The notes: generated from the sequence alone by a model not told the origin. DNA of 62,519 nucleotides from Patescibacteria group bacterium (GCA_022560375.1 JADFTK010000001.1:1-62519), one strand, 5' to 3'. Counted from the stretch's first letter, positions 9,661 through 19,902 are shown. A program made the numbers and translations.

Positions 9661-10722
9661 ATGTTTGATAATCTGTTTACCAATATTTTTTGGTCAAAAA
9701 CCCTGCTGGAAAATTCGTATAAAGATTTTCTAATGGCAGCTATTCTACTGTTAGTGTTAATAATTATTTTTAAAGTTTTTCAGAGCATCGCCATATATAG
9801 GCTTGGGAAATTAGCGGGTGAAACTAAAACGGATATAGACGACACGGCCATTGAAATATTTAAAACTATCAAGCCTCCCTTTTTTATTTTCTTTGCTTTC
9901 TATTTGGCCTTTAGAACACTGACCTTTCCTGACGCAGCCGTTAAAGTCATTAGTTCTTTGCTGATAGCTTGGGTAATCTTTCTATCAATCAAAGCAGTAC
10001 AGATATTAATTGACTATCTGTTCAAGTCAAAATTTCATGATGAAGGGAACGCGGGGACACAGTCAGCCGTGAAAGCAGTTTCTTTAATCTCGAAAATTAT
10101 TCTTTGGAGTATCGGATTTATTCTTATTTTATCTAACTTGGGCATCAATGTCACTTCCTTGGTAGCCGGACTAGGAGTGGGTGGTATCGCAATTGCTTTA
10201 GCTATGCAAAATATTTTAAGCGATTTATTCAGTTCTTTTGCAATTTATTTTGATAAGCCTTTTAGCGTTGGTGACTTTATCGTCGTTGGTGACAAGAAAG
10301 GGACCGTCGAAAAGATAGGTATCAAAACTACCAGACTTAAAGCTCTCCAAGGTGAGGAGTTAGTGATATCCAATCAGGAGTTAACCAACGCTCAAATACA
10401 AAATTTCAAAAAAATGAATGAGCGCAGAATTAATTTTTCTATTGGCTTGACTTACGACACGTCTACTGAGAAATTAAAAAAAGTACCGGAGATGATAAAG
10501 AAGATAATCGAATCGACAGAAGGCGCACGATTTGATCGTGTCCACTTCAAGGAATTTGGAGATTTTTCACTGAATTTCGAAATAGTTTACTTCATCAAGT
10601 CCTCAGATTTTCAGAAGTACATGAACGTTCAGCAATCTATTAATTTTGAAATAAAATCCATATTTGAAAAAGAAGGAATTACTATGGCTTTCCCTACTCA
10701 GACTATAGAAATAGCAAAATAA
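9661..10722 (+). CDS. mscS: Small-conductance mechanosensitive channel (MscS family)
   Basis: AGLGVGGIAIALAMQNILSDLF, DKPFSVGDFI, GTVEKIGIKTTR, AFPTQ. Confidence 0.92.
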   Translation: MFDNLFTNIFWSKTLLENSYKDFLMAAILLLVLIIIFKVFQSIAIYRLGKLAGETKTDIDDTAIEIFKTIKPPFFIFFAFYLAFRTLTFPDAAVKVISSLLIAWVIFLSIKAVQILIDYLFKSKFHDEGNAGTQSAVKAVSLISKIILWSIGFILILSNLGINVTSLVAGLGVGGIAIALAMQNILSDLFSSFAIYFDKPFSVGDFIVVGDKKGTVEKIGIKTTRLKALQGEELVISNQELTNAQIQNFKKMNERRINFSIGLTYDTSTEKLKKVPEMIKKIIESTEGARFDRVHFKEFGDFSLNFEIVYFIKSSDFQKYMNVQQSINFEIKSIFEKEGITMAFPTQTIEIAK

Positions 10723-10724
10723 AA

Positions 10725-11115
10725 ATGTCAATTATTCACCGTTCAATTGATGACTATAAATCATTCGTTGGCTCTGAGGTAATTGCTAAAATAAGGAGAG
10801 CCGCACGGCCATTACAAAACAAGCACGTTATAATGGTTAATTCGACCCCGTCGGGGGGTGGGGTGGCCGAGATATTAAATAGTATGGTCCTTTTGCTGAA
10901 TTCACTCCGTATAAAAACTGAGTGGAGGATACAAGGTCTTTCATGATGCTTTCCAAGGGGATTCGATATCTTTAACTCCTAAATTGAGAAACAAAAAAAT
11001 ACGCAACAGACTTGGTTCTAACGGTAAAGAGCACGTGCGGAAAAATTTTCTTATTAATCGTCACATACTAGATTACCTGAATATATTTAATTACCATTTA
11101 AGTGGAAAGTTTTGA
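10725..11115 (+). pseudogene. treT: Trehalose synthase TreT-like GT4 glycosyltransferase, internally deleted and frameshifted remnant
   Basis: N-terminus VNSTPSGGGVAEIL (10725-10946); a second frame gives FHDAFQG and the family C-terminus LGSNGKEHVRKNFLINRHILDYL, stop 11113-11115. Confidence 0.75.
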
Positions 11116-12374
11116 TTAAAATAATTTTATTAGTAGTTGTAATTTTATCTGTCATAAGTGCTATTATTTGGGGTGGTGATTTTTATAGGAATAATTTACA
11201 AGGCATTAAGCCTTCTTTGCTACCACCGCCCGAGGATATCAGCGAACTCATTGAGAGCAGTAACGATGGTAGTGCTGCGATTGCTGACGACGATACCTCT
11301 CTTGTTAATAAAACGAGTTATCCTCTTAGTTTGCCTGATAACTTTAGTATATCAATATTTGCCAAGGATTTATCTAAACCGCGCGTACTCTTGATTGATC
11401 CCAAGGGCACTCTTTTGGTTAGCGATACCGGAGCCAATACCATTGTAGGTTTACCTGATAATGATGGCGACAGAGTATCTGATGGCCCACAAGTAATTTT
11501 AAGTGATCTAAATAGTCCACATGGTATGGCGATGCGCTGCCTATCCTCATGTAAATTATACGTCGCGGAAACAGACATGCTTTCAGTATACGATTATGAC
11601 CCAGCCAACTTATTGGCCGTGAATAGGGTGGAAATTATGGATCTCCCCAGCGGTGGTAATCATCAGACTAGAACGTTAATTTTCATGCCTTCGCCAAACG
11701 GCAGCAAACTTTTAATTTCCATAGGTTCGTCATGTAATGTATGCAAGGAAAAAGATGAAAGACGAGCTAGCGTATTAGTTGTTGACGTAGACGAAGATAA
11801 TGATGTCCGCCAATTCGCCACTGGCTTAAGGAATGCTGTGTTTATGACCTCCCATCCAGTTACAAATAAAATTTGGGTGACTGAAAACGGACGGGATCGA
11901 TTAGGCGATGATATACCACCCGATGAGATAAATATTATCAGTGACGGGGGTGAGTACGGCTGGCCGTATTGCTATGGAAAAAGTGTAGTAGATGCTGATT
12001 TTGATGATACAGAAAAAGGAAGGCAGGTTTGCCAAACAGCCTTAGGCTCATTTATTGACATCCAGGCTCATTCGGCACCACTGGGACTGTCATTTATACC
12101 CGAAAAGGGCTGGCCGGAAGAGTATCAAGGTAATTTACTAGTTGCCTTTCATGGATCCTGGAACAGAACTACTCCAACCGGTTACAAAATATACCGTTAT
12201 ATTCTTGACAATCAAGGTAATTATATTGATGAAGAAGATTTCATAAGTGGCTGGCTGACCGATGACCAAAGATCCTTGGGTCGTCCAGTCGACATCCTGG
12301 TTCAGCCAGATGGAATCATATATATATCAGACGATAAAGCAGGGGTGATCTACAGGGTTCAATACTCTGGTTAG
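11112..12374 (+). CDS. PQQ-dependent sugar (glucose/sorbosone) dehydrogenase family protein, membrane-anchored
   Basis: GSSCNVC, GLRNAV, ENGRDRLGDDIPPDE, YGWPYC, AHSAPLG, HGSWNR, GRPVD; TTG start. Confidence 0.9.
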   Translation: MIKIILLVVVILSVISAIIWGGDFYRNNLQGIKPSLLPPPEDISELIESSNDGSAAIADDDTSLVNKTSYPLSLPDNFSISIFAKDLSKPRVLLIDPKGTLLVSDTGANTIVGLPDNDGDRVSDGPQVILSDLNSPHGMAMRCLSSCKLYVAETDMLSVYDYDPANLLAVNRVEIMDLPSGGNHQTRTLIFMPSPNGSKLLISIGSSCNVCKEKDERRASVLVVDVDEDNDVRQFATGLRNAVFMTSHPVTNKIWVTENGRDRLGDDIPPDEINIISDGGEYGWPYCYGKSVVDADFDDTEKGRQVCQTALGSFIDIQAHSAPLGLSFIPEKGWPEEYQGNLLVAFHGSWNRTTPTGYKIYRYILDNQGNYIDEEDFISGWLTDDQRSLGRPVDILVQPDGIIYISDDKAGVIYRVQYSG

Positions 12375-12380
12375 AGTAAC

Positions 12381-12409
12381 TAGCCAAGGTGATTTTGCTT
12401 TGCTATAAT
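12381..12409 (+). promoter_or_regulatory. Promoter for secDF
   Basis: TAGCCA, 17 bp, TATAAT with TG extension. Confidence 0.6.
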
Positions 12410-12449
12410 GACATACAAAATAGTATAGTTAGTAGTTTTTAATTTAGTT

Positions 12450-14117
12450 ATGACAATCCGTAAAAAAGTTTGGCTTACCTTCGCTGGTATTATGATTTTG
12501 ACGGTATTAGCTGTGATTGTAGATTATCCAAAAGGTCCAGATATTAGAATTGGTAATTATTATAAAGAATTAAAAGTCCATCTGGGTCTTGATCTTCAGG
12601 GTGGCACCCATTTGGTATACGATGCTGATACTTCTGAAATCTCTTTTTCGGACAAGGAATCGGCTCTAGAAGGAGTTCGTGACGTCATTGAGCGACGGGT
12701 CAACACCCTGGGAGTTACTGAGCCCCTTGTTCAGACGAATAAGAGCGGAGAACAATGGAGAGTAATAGTTGAGTTAGCGGGAATCCAAGACGTTAACCAA
12801 GCAATCGATTTGATAGGTGAAACCCCTTTGCTCGAATTTAGGGAACAAAAACCTGAAGAATTAGCTGAGGAGGAATTAAATGCCATTAAGGCCTTAAACG
12901 AAGAATCCAAGAAAAAAGCTGAGGCTATCTTACAACTTGCTTTGACTGAGGATGCTGATTTTGCGTTACTAGCGGATGAAAATACCGAGGATCCTGGCAA
13001 CGTTGATCCACAAACTGACGAAAAAAAAGGGGGAGATTTGGATTTTTTTACGAGGGATCAGATGGTGCCTGATGAATTCGGTGATGTGGTATTTGATAAA
13101 CTAGAAGTAGATGAAATTTATTCCGAGTTGGTAGAGTCACCATTCGGCTATCATATCATCAAGAAAACTGGCGTTGAAGAAGATCGGGCGCGGGCTAGTC
13201 ATATATTATTCACGAAACAGTCTACCGAAGGAACGGTGAATTTTATTAATACCGGTTTATCAGGAAAACATTTAGATCGCGCATCAGTGACATTTGATCC
13301 TACCACCAATGAACCCCAAGTCAGTTTAGAATTCGACGACGAGGGAAGTGATTTATTTGAAGAAATCACCCAGAGAAATATTGGAAATACTGTTGGGATC
13401 TACCTTGATGGGAGTCCTATATCTATACCTAGGGTCAATCAAGCTATTACCAGCGGCAGTGCCGTAATCACTGGTAATTTTTCTTTGGACGAAGCTAAGC
13501 TATTAGTTCAAAGGCTGAATGCCGGGGCATTGCCGGTACCTATTACTTTAGTTTCCCAACAAAATATTGGAGCAACTTTGGGCGCCTCATCAGTAGAAAA
13601 AAGTCTAGTAGCCGGAATTATTGGTTTAGTCTTAGTGGCCATTTTCATGATTGTATATTACCGGCTACCCGGTCTGATATCGGTGATTGCTTTAATAATA
13701 TATGCACTTTTTGTCTTGGCCATATTCAAACTAGTACCAGTCACCATGACTCTAGCCGGAGTCGGTGGGTTTATTTTATCTATTGGTATGGCTGTAGATG
13801 CTAATGTCCTAATTTTTGAGCGGACAAAAGAAGAATTACATGACGGAAAAAATTTGCGACTGGCCATAGACACTGGTTTTAAGAGGGCCTGGCCTTCAAT
13901 ACGCGATTCAAATATTTCCACACTCATTACCACTATTATTTTAGCTTGGATAGGTTCTAGCGTGGTTAAAGGCTTTGCCATTACTCTAGGAATTGGGGTA
14001 TTGATCAGTATGTTCTCTGCCATTACTGTTTCTAGAACTTTACTCCGTTTAATAGCTACGGATTGGTTTGAAAGGAGACTGAAATGGTTCCTGCCACATT
14101 CCCTAAAGTCAAAATAG
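12450..14117 (+). CDS. secD: Protein translocase subunit SecD with an inserted parvulin-type PPIase segment
   Basis: LGLDLQGG, IERRVN.LGV.EP, GALPVP, IGMAVDANVLIFER, IRDSN. Confidence 0.95.
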   Translation: MTIRKKVWLTFAGIMILTVLAVIVDYPKGPDIRIGNYYKELKVHLGLDLQGGTHLVYDADTSEISFSDKESALEGVRDVIERRVNTLGVTEPLVQTNKSGEQWRVIVELAGIQDVNQAIDLIGETPLLEFREQKPEELAEEELNAIKALNEESKKKAEAILQLALTEDADFALLADENTEDPGNVDPQTDEKKGGDLDFFTRDQMVPDEFGDVVFDKLEVDEIYSELVESPFGYHIIKKTGVEEDRARASHILFTKQSTEGTVNFINTGLSGKHLDRASVTFDPTTNEPQVSLEFDDEGSDLFEEITQRNIGNTVGIYLDGSPISIPRVNQAITSGSAVITGNFSLDEAKLLVQRLNAGALPVPITLVSQQNIGATLGASSVEKSLVAGIIGLVLVAIFMIVYYRLPGLISVIALIIYALFVLAIFKLVPVTMTLAGVGGFILSIGMAVDANVLIFERTKEELHDGKNLRLAIDTGFKRAWPSIRDSNISTLITTIILAWIGSSVVKGFAITLGIGVLISMFSAITVSRTLLRLIATDWFERRLKWFLPHSLKSK

Positions 14118-14125
14118 TCTAATAT

Positions 14126-15022
14126 ATGTATAATATAATCCAAAAGAGAAAAATCTGGTTAGTAGTTTCTGCCACGTTTATTATCCCCAGCATTATCATG
14201 TTTTCTATTTCCGGTTTGAAGCTGGGCATTGATTTTACAGGCGGTAGTTTGATTCAAGTTGGCTTTGCAGACGAGAGACCGTCATCACAAGCAGTAGCTG
14301 ATTCTCTATCTGAGTTCGATGTTGGCGCAGTCAAGGCACAACCCCTGGGAGACAGCGAAATGACTATCAGGATCAAAGAAATTGATAACGAAACTTACCT
14401 TACGATATTAGCCAGCCTCAGAGAAAATTTTGGCCAGGTTGAGGAGAGAAGCTTTGAATCGATTGGGCCGACTATTGGTAGGGAGCTAAGAGAAAAAGCT
14501 CTAATAGCTATCGCCTCGGTTTTGTTTTTTATTATCCTATACATATCAATAGCGTTTCGAAAAACTGGAAGCAGTTCAGTCAAATCATGGGTGTATGGTC
14601 TTGGCGCGCTAGCCGCCTTGTTTCATGACATAATTATCGTGGTAGGAGTATTTTCCTTCTTAGGTTATTTCTTAAATGTCGAGGTGGACACTCTGTTCAT
14701 TACAGCATTACTAACGGTGTTAGGGTTTTCAGTCCATGATACTATTGTTGTTTATGATCGAGTAAGAGAACAACTTAAATTAAACGTGACAGATACATTT
14801 GAAGAAGTTGTCAATATCAGCGTTAATCAAACTATAATAAGATCTTTAAACACATCATTAACAACTTTATTGGTATTATTTGCTCTTTATCTTTTCGGTG
14901 GGGAATCAATCCGATATTTCATCCTGGCCCTAATTATTGGTATAGCGGTAGGTACCTACTCTTCGATTTTCATAGCTAGTCCGTTTTTAGTTTTTTGGAA
15001 AAATATTACTAACCGATCATAG
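14126..15022 (+). CDS. secF: Protein translocase subunit SecF
   Basis: GIDFTGG, IGPTIG, GFSVHDTIVVYDR, RSLNTS, GTYSSIFIA. Confidence 0.95.
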   Translation: MYNIIQKRKIWLVVSATFIIPSIIMFSISGLKLGIDFTGGSLIQVGFADERPSSQAVADSLSEFDVGAVKAQPLGDSEMTIRIKEIDNETYLTILASLRENFGQVEERSFESIGPTIGRELREKALIAIASVLFFIILYISIAFRKTGSSSVKSWVYGLGALAALFHDIIIVVGVFSFLGYFLNVEVDTLFITALLTVLGFSVHDTIVVYDRVREQLKLNVTDTFEEVVNISVNQTIIRSLNTSLTTLLVLFALYLFGGESIRYFILALIIGIAVGTYSSIFIASPFLVFWKNITNRS

Positions 15023-15034
15023 CTCATAAACAAT

Positions 15035-15064
15035 CATCTTATGATTAGCTTAAGATGTTTTTTT
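15035..15064 (+). terminator. Probable terminator after secF
   Basis: CATCTTA / TAAGATG stem followed by T7. Confidence 0.55.
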
Positions 15065-15107
15065 GTTTGCCAAATCTGGTGAAATTTGTCTAAATATGTA
15101 ATGCAAC

Positions 15108-15136
15108 TTGACATTATTACTCAAGTATGCTATACT
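15108..15136 (+). promoter_or_regulatory. Consensus sigma70 promoter with extended -10
   Basis: TTGACA (15108-15113), 17 bp, TATACT (15131-15136). Confidence 0.8.
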
Positions 15137-15200
15137 AAACATGCTTAATTAATATTAAATTCAGCTTGAAGTACTAAGTTAGAGGTTTGAATTTAAGTCT

Positions 15201-16313
15201 ATGGATGATCAAAATTCAATACTAGACAGAGTAATAACAAGTAAAAAAACTACGGAGATTGAGCAGTTCAACCCCGCTGAAGTAGTTTCGACCTTGTTCA
15301 AAAATTTAACTTCCAGAGAAGAAGATGTGCTAAGAAGAAGATTTGGACTCGCTGGTAAATCTAAAGAAACGCTCGAAGAAATTGGTAATACGTATAGTGT
15401 TACCAGGGAAAGAGTCCGCCAAATTGAAAACACAGCCATTGCCAAAATAAAGAACTCAAAAAATTTCGGTAGTACGGTCAACGTGATAGAATCGACCTTA
15501 TTATCCGTACTTGAGCAGCAGGGTAGTATTATGTGTGAAGATTCAATGCTTGCTGAATTACTACAGGTGGTGGGCGACAATGCAGTAAATAGGCAAAATA
15601 TAATTTTTATAATTTCCGAATTACTAAACACAAAATTTAAACCCATAAAGCCAACAGATCAATTTAAGCAATCGTGGCGAACAACACATGCACCATTACA
15701 TTTGCTCGAAGAAACTATTGCCTCGGCCCTAGAGATTATTAAAAGCAATGGCAAGCCTTCACCAATCACTGATATAATTGAAAAGATATCAAAGACTGAG
15801 TTCTATCAAAATAATCAACAGCAGCTCAGTGACAACACTATTATTTCTTATATAGAGGTCAGCCAGCAAATTTCAAGAAATCCATTTGATGAGTATGGAT
15901 TGTCGGAGTGGGGAAGTATTGTGCCTAAAAGAATGAATGACAAAATTTTCCTAGTTTTAAAAAAGCACGAAAAACCCATGCACTTCACCGAAATTGCGGA
16001 CAAAATAAATCAGACGAAATTTGATGACAGGAAGGCATATCCTCCTACGGTCCACAATGAATTGATACTCAACTCACAGTATGTTCTCGTGGGTAGGGGA
16101 ATCTACGCCCTCAAAGAGTGGGGGTATAAACCGGGAGTGGTAGCTAAGGTACTTTTAGATATTATAAAAAAGAATGAGGGCCCTATGTCTCGCGATGGTT
16201 TAGTCAGGGAGGTTCTAAACCAAAGGATCGTAAAAAAGAATACCATCCATCTCGCCCTAACCGATAAAACAAAATTTAAAAGGCTGTCAGATGGTAATTA
16301 CGATTTAGCATAA
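15201..16313 (+). CDS. Sigma70 region-4 HTH protein with C-terminal winged-helix (HARE-HTH/RNAP delta-like) domains
   Basis: LTSREEDVLRRRFGL...TLEEIG...VTRERVRQIE; TVHNELI...YVLVGRGIYALKEWGY; no sigma region 2 visible. Confidence 0.8.
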   Translation: MDDQNSILDRVITSKKTTEIEQFNPAEVVSTLFKNLTSREEDVLRRRFGLAGKSKETLEEIGNTYSVTRERVRQIENTAIAKIKNSKNFGSTVNVIESTLLSVLEQQGSIMCEDSMLAELLQVVGDNAVNRQNIIFIISELLNTKFKPIKPTDQFKQSWRTTHAPLHLLEETIASALEIIKSNGKPSPITDIIEKISKTEFYQNNQQQLSDNTIISYIEVSQQISRNPFDEYGLSEWGSIVPKRMNDKIFLVLKKHEKPMHFTEIADKINQTKFDDRKAYPPTVHNELILNSQYVLVGRGIYALKEWGYKPGVVAKVLLDIIKKNEGPMSRDGLVREVLNQRIVKKNTIHLALTDKTKFKRLSDGNYDLA

Positions 16314-16330
16314 AACCCCATCTGAAATTT

Positions 16331-17731
16331 ATGGATTTTTTTACTTTTGATCTAGTATTATTATTTGAATCACTACCAAGCGCTAGCAACCCCTTTGGCG
16401 TCATGCTTTTATTGTTTACCAGTGGCGGTTGGGTGGTCTTTATATTTGTCTTTATTTGGGGAGCCTGGATCGCCCGGGTGGAATTCATTAGAAATAGGTA
16501 TAGTGATAATTTAGAATACGTACTACTGGCGATCGATGTGCCAAAAATGAACGAACAATCGCCCAAGGCAGTAGAACATATTTTTGCCCACCTGTATGGG
16601 ATTAGAAAAAGCGGCAACCTAAAAGATAAATATCTAAAAGGGTATACCCAGCCCAGTATTAGTCTGGAGATTGTAAGTTTAGAAGGATTCATCCAATTTT
16701 TGATAAGAGCACCAATTAAGTTTAGGGATTTGGTAGAGGCAGCAATATATGCACAATACCCAGAAGCTGAGATTACCGAAGTTGATGACTATATTGATCT
16801 GATTCCTAAGCCGCTAGAATTTCCTCACCCAGAATGGGATCTTTGGGGGACGCAGTATAAAATGACAAAAAATCAAGCCTACCCCATAAAAACTTACCCT
16901 TTTTTTGAACACAGTTTATCGCAAAAATTAATGGATCCCATGGCTTCTCTTATGGAAACTATGAGCCGACTGGGCCCAGGAGAACATATTTGGATTCAAA
17001 TAATAATTTCACCAGAAAAAGATAAGTGGAAGGAAGAAGGAGTTCGCTTAATTAATAAGTTAATTGGAAAAAAATCAGAAAAATCCAGCATTGATTGGAT
17101 GTATTTTCCACGCGAAGTAGGCCGAGGTCTGGGTGAATCTTTCACGGCGTCTATTGTACCTCCTACGGAAATGGAGTCTGCAAATAAAAAAAAAGTTGAA
17201 CGAGAATGGCCCAGCCAGATGCAACATTTATCACCACTGGAAAGAGGAGTAGTGGAATCAATAGGGATTAAAATTGAAAAATTGGGGTTTATGACAAAAG
17301 TTCGATTTATTTACGCCGCCAAGAAGAAGGTCATGAATACGGGGAGGGGGGCCTATGCTGTCAATGGGGCGTTTGCACAATTTAGCTCGCAAACCGGTAA
17401 TTCCTTTTCAATTAACAAGAAAGTTCAGACAAAAATTAATTATTTTTTTACTAAGCGCAGGCTACTTGCCAGAAAACGTAGGTTGCTATGGGCTTATCGT
17501 GATAGGGGCATGAAAAGGGGGCGTAAGGGCTCTATCTTCAATATTGAAGAATTAGCAACTATCTGGCATTTTCCTGTATCTGAAGTCGGCATTGCCTCAG
17601 TACAATCAGTCGATGCCAAAAAAGCTCAACCACCGGCAGCGCTGCCTGTAGAAACTTCACTTTTATCTCCACGGAAATCAGAGGCCACTAATTCTAAAAA
17701 TGCACCACCAATAAATTTACCAACCAGCTAG
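16331..17731 (+). CDS. Membrane-anchored hypothetical protein, typical partner of the downstream ATPase
   Basis: N-terminal TM; LLAIDVPK, SLEIVS, YAQYP.AEI.EV.DY, YPIKTY, EELATIWHFP. Start uncertain. Confidence 0.75.
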   Translation: MDFFTFDLVLLFESLPSASNPFGVMLLLFTSGGWVVFIFVFIWGAWIARVEFIRNRYSDNLEYVLLAIDVPKMNEQSPKAVEHIFAHLYGIRKSGNLKDKYLKGYTQPSISLEIVSLEGFIQFLIRAPIKFRDLVEAAIYAQYPEAEITEVDDYIDLIPKPLEFPHPEWDLWGTQYKMTKNQAYPIKTYPFFEHSLSQKLMDPMASLMETMSRLGPGEHIWIQIIISPEKDKWKEEGVRLINKLIGKKSEKSSIDWMYFPREVGRGLGESFTASIVPPTEMESANKKKVEREWPSQMQHLSPLERGVVESIGIKIEKLGFMTKVRFIYAAKKKVMNTGRGAYAVNGAFAQFSSQTGNSFSINKKVQTKINYFFTKRRLLARKRRLLWAYRDRGMKRGRKGSIFNIEELATIWHFPVSEVGIASVQSVDAKKAQPPAALPVETSLLSPRKSEATNSKNAPPINLPTS

Positions 17732-17735
17732 CGAA

Positions 17736-19439
17736 ATGACTACCGACCAAGAAAATAATATTACCTTGTTTGCTAAAACAAACTTCCGTAATCATGACAG
17801 GCAATTTGGCATTAAGTATGATGACCGAAGGCGCCACATGTATCTAATTGGCAAAACTGGAATGGGTAAAACTACTGTCATAGAAAACATGGTAATCTCG
17901 GACATTCGTTCCGGCAAAGGAGTGGCACTGGTTGACCCTCATGGCGACCTAGTAGAAAAAGTTCTGGATTACATCCCTTCGTATAGGATCAACGATGTGG
18001 TTTACTTTGATCCGGCGGATATGGATTTCCCTATAGGATTCAATGTGCTGGAAAACGTTAACCCCAATGAACGCCACTTAGTCGCTTCAGGGCTGATGGG
18101 TGTCTTTACTAAAATTTGGGAAGGGGTCTGGAGCGCCCGGATGGAGTATATTCTGAATAATTGTATTCTAGCATTATTAGAGTACCCAGGATCGACCATG
18201 CTCGGGATATCTCGAATATTAGTTGATAAAAAATATCGCCGCAAAGTCATCGACCATATAACCGATCCAATCGTTAAAAGCTTTTGGGTTGACGAATATG
18301 CCTCATATAACGAACGTTTTCGAAATGAAGCCATCGCTCCCATCCAGAATAAAGTAGGACAGTTTTTATCAAGCTCCATAATCAGAAATATTGTTGGTCA
18401 GCCTAAGAGTACTATGAACCTCCGTGAAATAATGGACTCAAAGAAAATTTTACTTTTCAATTTGGCTAAAGGAAGAATCGGAGAGAATAATTCGGCTCTC
18501 CTGGGTGCCATGATGATTACCCGGTTACAATTAGCAGCCATGAGCAGGGTTGATGTTCCCGAAGAGGAACGCACCGATTTTTATATGTATGTAGATGAAT
18601 TTCAGAATTTTGCTACGGAAAGTTTTGCCAGCATACTTTCTGAGGCAAGAAAATACAGATTAAATTTAATAATTGCCCATCAGTACATTGAGCAGCTTGA
18701 TGAGCAAGTGCGTGCATCCGTGTTTGGCAACATTGGTACCATGATGTGTTTCCGCGTGGGTGCAGCGGATGCTGAATTTTTAGCTAAAGAGTTTTCTCCT
18801 GTATTTTCTGAGGAGGACTTATTGAATCTCACTAAATACAATGTTTATTTAAAACTAATGATCGACGGTGTTGCATCAGAGCCTTTTTCTGCCGTCACGC
18901 TCCCACCGGCCGAAGGTAGGACGAATAACCGGCAGAAAGTTATAACGGTCTCAAGAGAAAGGTACAGTACGCCTAGAGCTGAAGTGGAGGAAAAGATACT
19001 TCGTTGGAGCGGTCTCCAAGAAATGCATCGTGGCTCCACGGAAAGTGAGAGTAAATCCCTGAACGAGCAGGAGGATAAGCAAAAATTTGGTAAAACTACC
19101 CCAGATAAAGCAGTAGTCAGCGAAGGCTCTAATGAAAAGAATAAAAAAGAGGCAGGACGAAATAAAATGTCGCTTGATTTCAAAAACCTAGAAGACATAA
19201 AACTCGACCCGGAACGAGACTCCATATCTCTGAGTGAAGCCACTTCCAGAAACCCACAACCCTTTAAGAAAAAGCAGTGGCAGCAAGATAAAGTTGTTAG
19301 TAGCAAAAAATCTTATAGAAAAAATGGTTTTGGCCAGGAACTTCGAAGTGAGAGCGGTAGCATGAGTTCCGGTCAGGTAAATACGATTAGACCAGGACAA
19401 AAAGTTAAAGTAAATCAAGCCCGAAACAATGATAGATAA
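17736..19439 (+). CDS. TraD/TrwB/HerA-like P-loop ATPase (type IV coupling protein-like)
   Basis: RRHMYLIGKTGMGKT (Walker A), DPHGD, YVDEFQNF (Walker B), LSEARKY, AHQY; low-complexity tail. Confidence 0.88.
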   Translation: MTTDQENNITLFAKTNFRNHDRQFGIKYDDRRRHMYLIGKTGMGKTTVIENMVISDIRSGKGVALVDPHGDLVEKVLDYIPSYRINDVVYFDPADMDFPIGFNVLENVNPNERHLVASGLMGVFTKIWEGVWSARMEYILNNCILALLEYPGSTMLGISRILVDKKYRRKVIDHITDPIVKSFWVDEYASYNERFRNEAIAPIQNKVGQFLSSSIIRNIVGQPKSTMNLREIMDSKKILLFNLAKGRIGENNSALLGAMMITRLQLAAMSRVDVPEEERTDFYMYVDEFQNFATESFASILSEARKYRLNLIIAHQYIEQLDEQVRASVFGNIGTMMCFRVGAADAEFLAKEFSPVFSEEDLLNLTKYNVYLKLMIDGVASEPFSAVTLPPAEGRTNNRQKVITVSRERYSTPRAEVEEKILRWSGLQEMHRGSTESESKSLNEQEDKQKFGKTTPDKAVVSEGSNEKNKKEAGRNKMSLDFKNLEDIKLDPERDSISLSEATSRNPQPFKKKQWQQDKVVSSKKSYRKNGFGQELRSESGSMSSGQVNTIRPGQKVKVNQARNNDR

Positions 19440-19902
19440 AAGCAAATACGATTTTGAAGTAAAGCATTTAGAATTCAGTAAGATTGATGAGTTTTTATTA
19501 ATTGGTACGACTATTTGCTGCCGTGCGCATTTTGAAAAACTTATAAAAGCCGGCATGCAAGCCGATATTGACCTGCAAGAAGAAAAAATGGATAAGCCCT
19601 CCGGGGTCACTTCCTTTCTATGGCTTCCTACGGTAGATTTTACCCCGCCCTCTCAAGCGCAATTAAAAATTGGTTCACATTTTATAAAGGACCTTGTAAG
19701 TCAGAAAATGAAGTGTTACGTCCATTGTAATGAAGGCCACGGGCGCGCTCCCACCCTGGTAGCAGCCTACTACATTTATGCTCATGGGCTAACTCCGAGG
19801 CAGGCCGTCGACAGGATAAAAAGTAAAAGGCCACGAGCAAATCCTAATAAAAAGCAGATGAAAGCCCTCGATATTTTTTATAACAAAGTCCACAAAAGAT
19901 AA
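19429..19902 (+). CDS. Dual-specificity/tyrosine protein phosphatase family
   Basis: VHCNEGHGRAPT (HCX5R motif). Confidence 0.88.
   Translation: MIDKSKYDFEVKHLEFSKIDEFLLIGTTICCRAHFEKLIKAGMQADIDLQEEKMDKPSGVTSFLWLPTVDFTPPSQAQLKIGSHFIKDLVSQKMKCYVHCNEGHGRAPTLVAAYYIYAHGLTPRQAVDRIKSKRPRANPNKKQMKALDIFYNKVHKR

Noticed and set aside
15201..16313. Bona fide sigma factor
   Set aside because: Only region 4 is recognisable; the region 2 core-binding and melting motifs are absent.
16331..19439. Conjugative element/ICE
   Set aside because: No relaxase, VirB-like genes, integrase or att sites nearby; embedded among housekeeping genes with the same composition.
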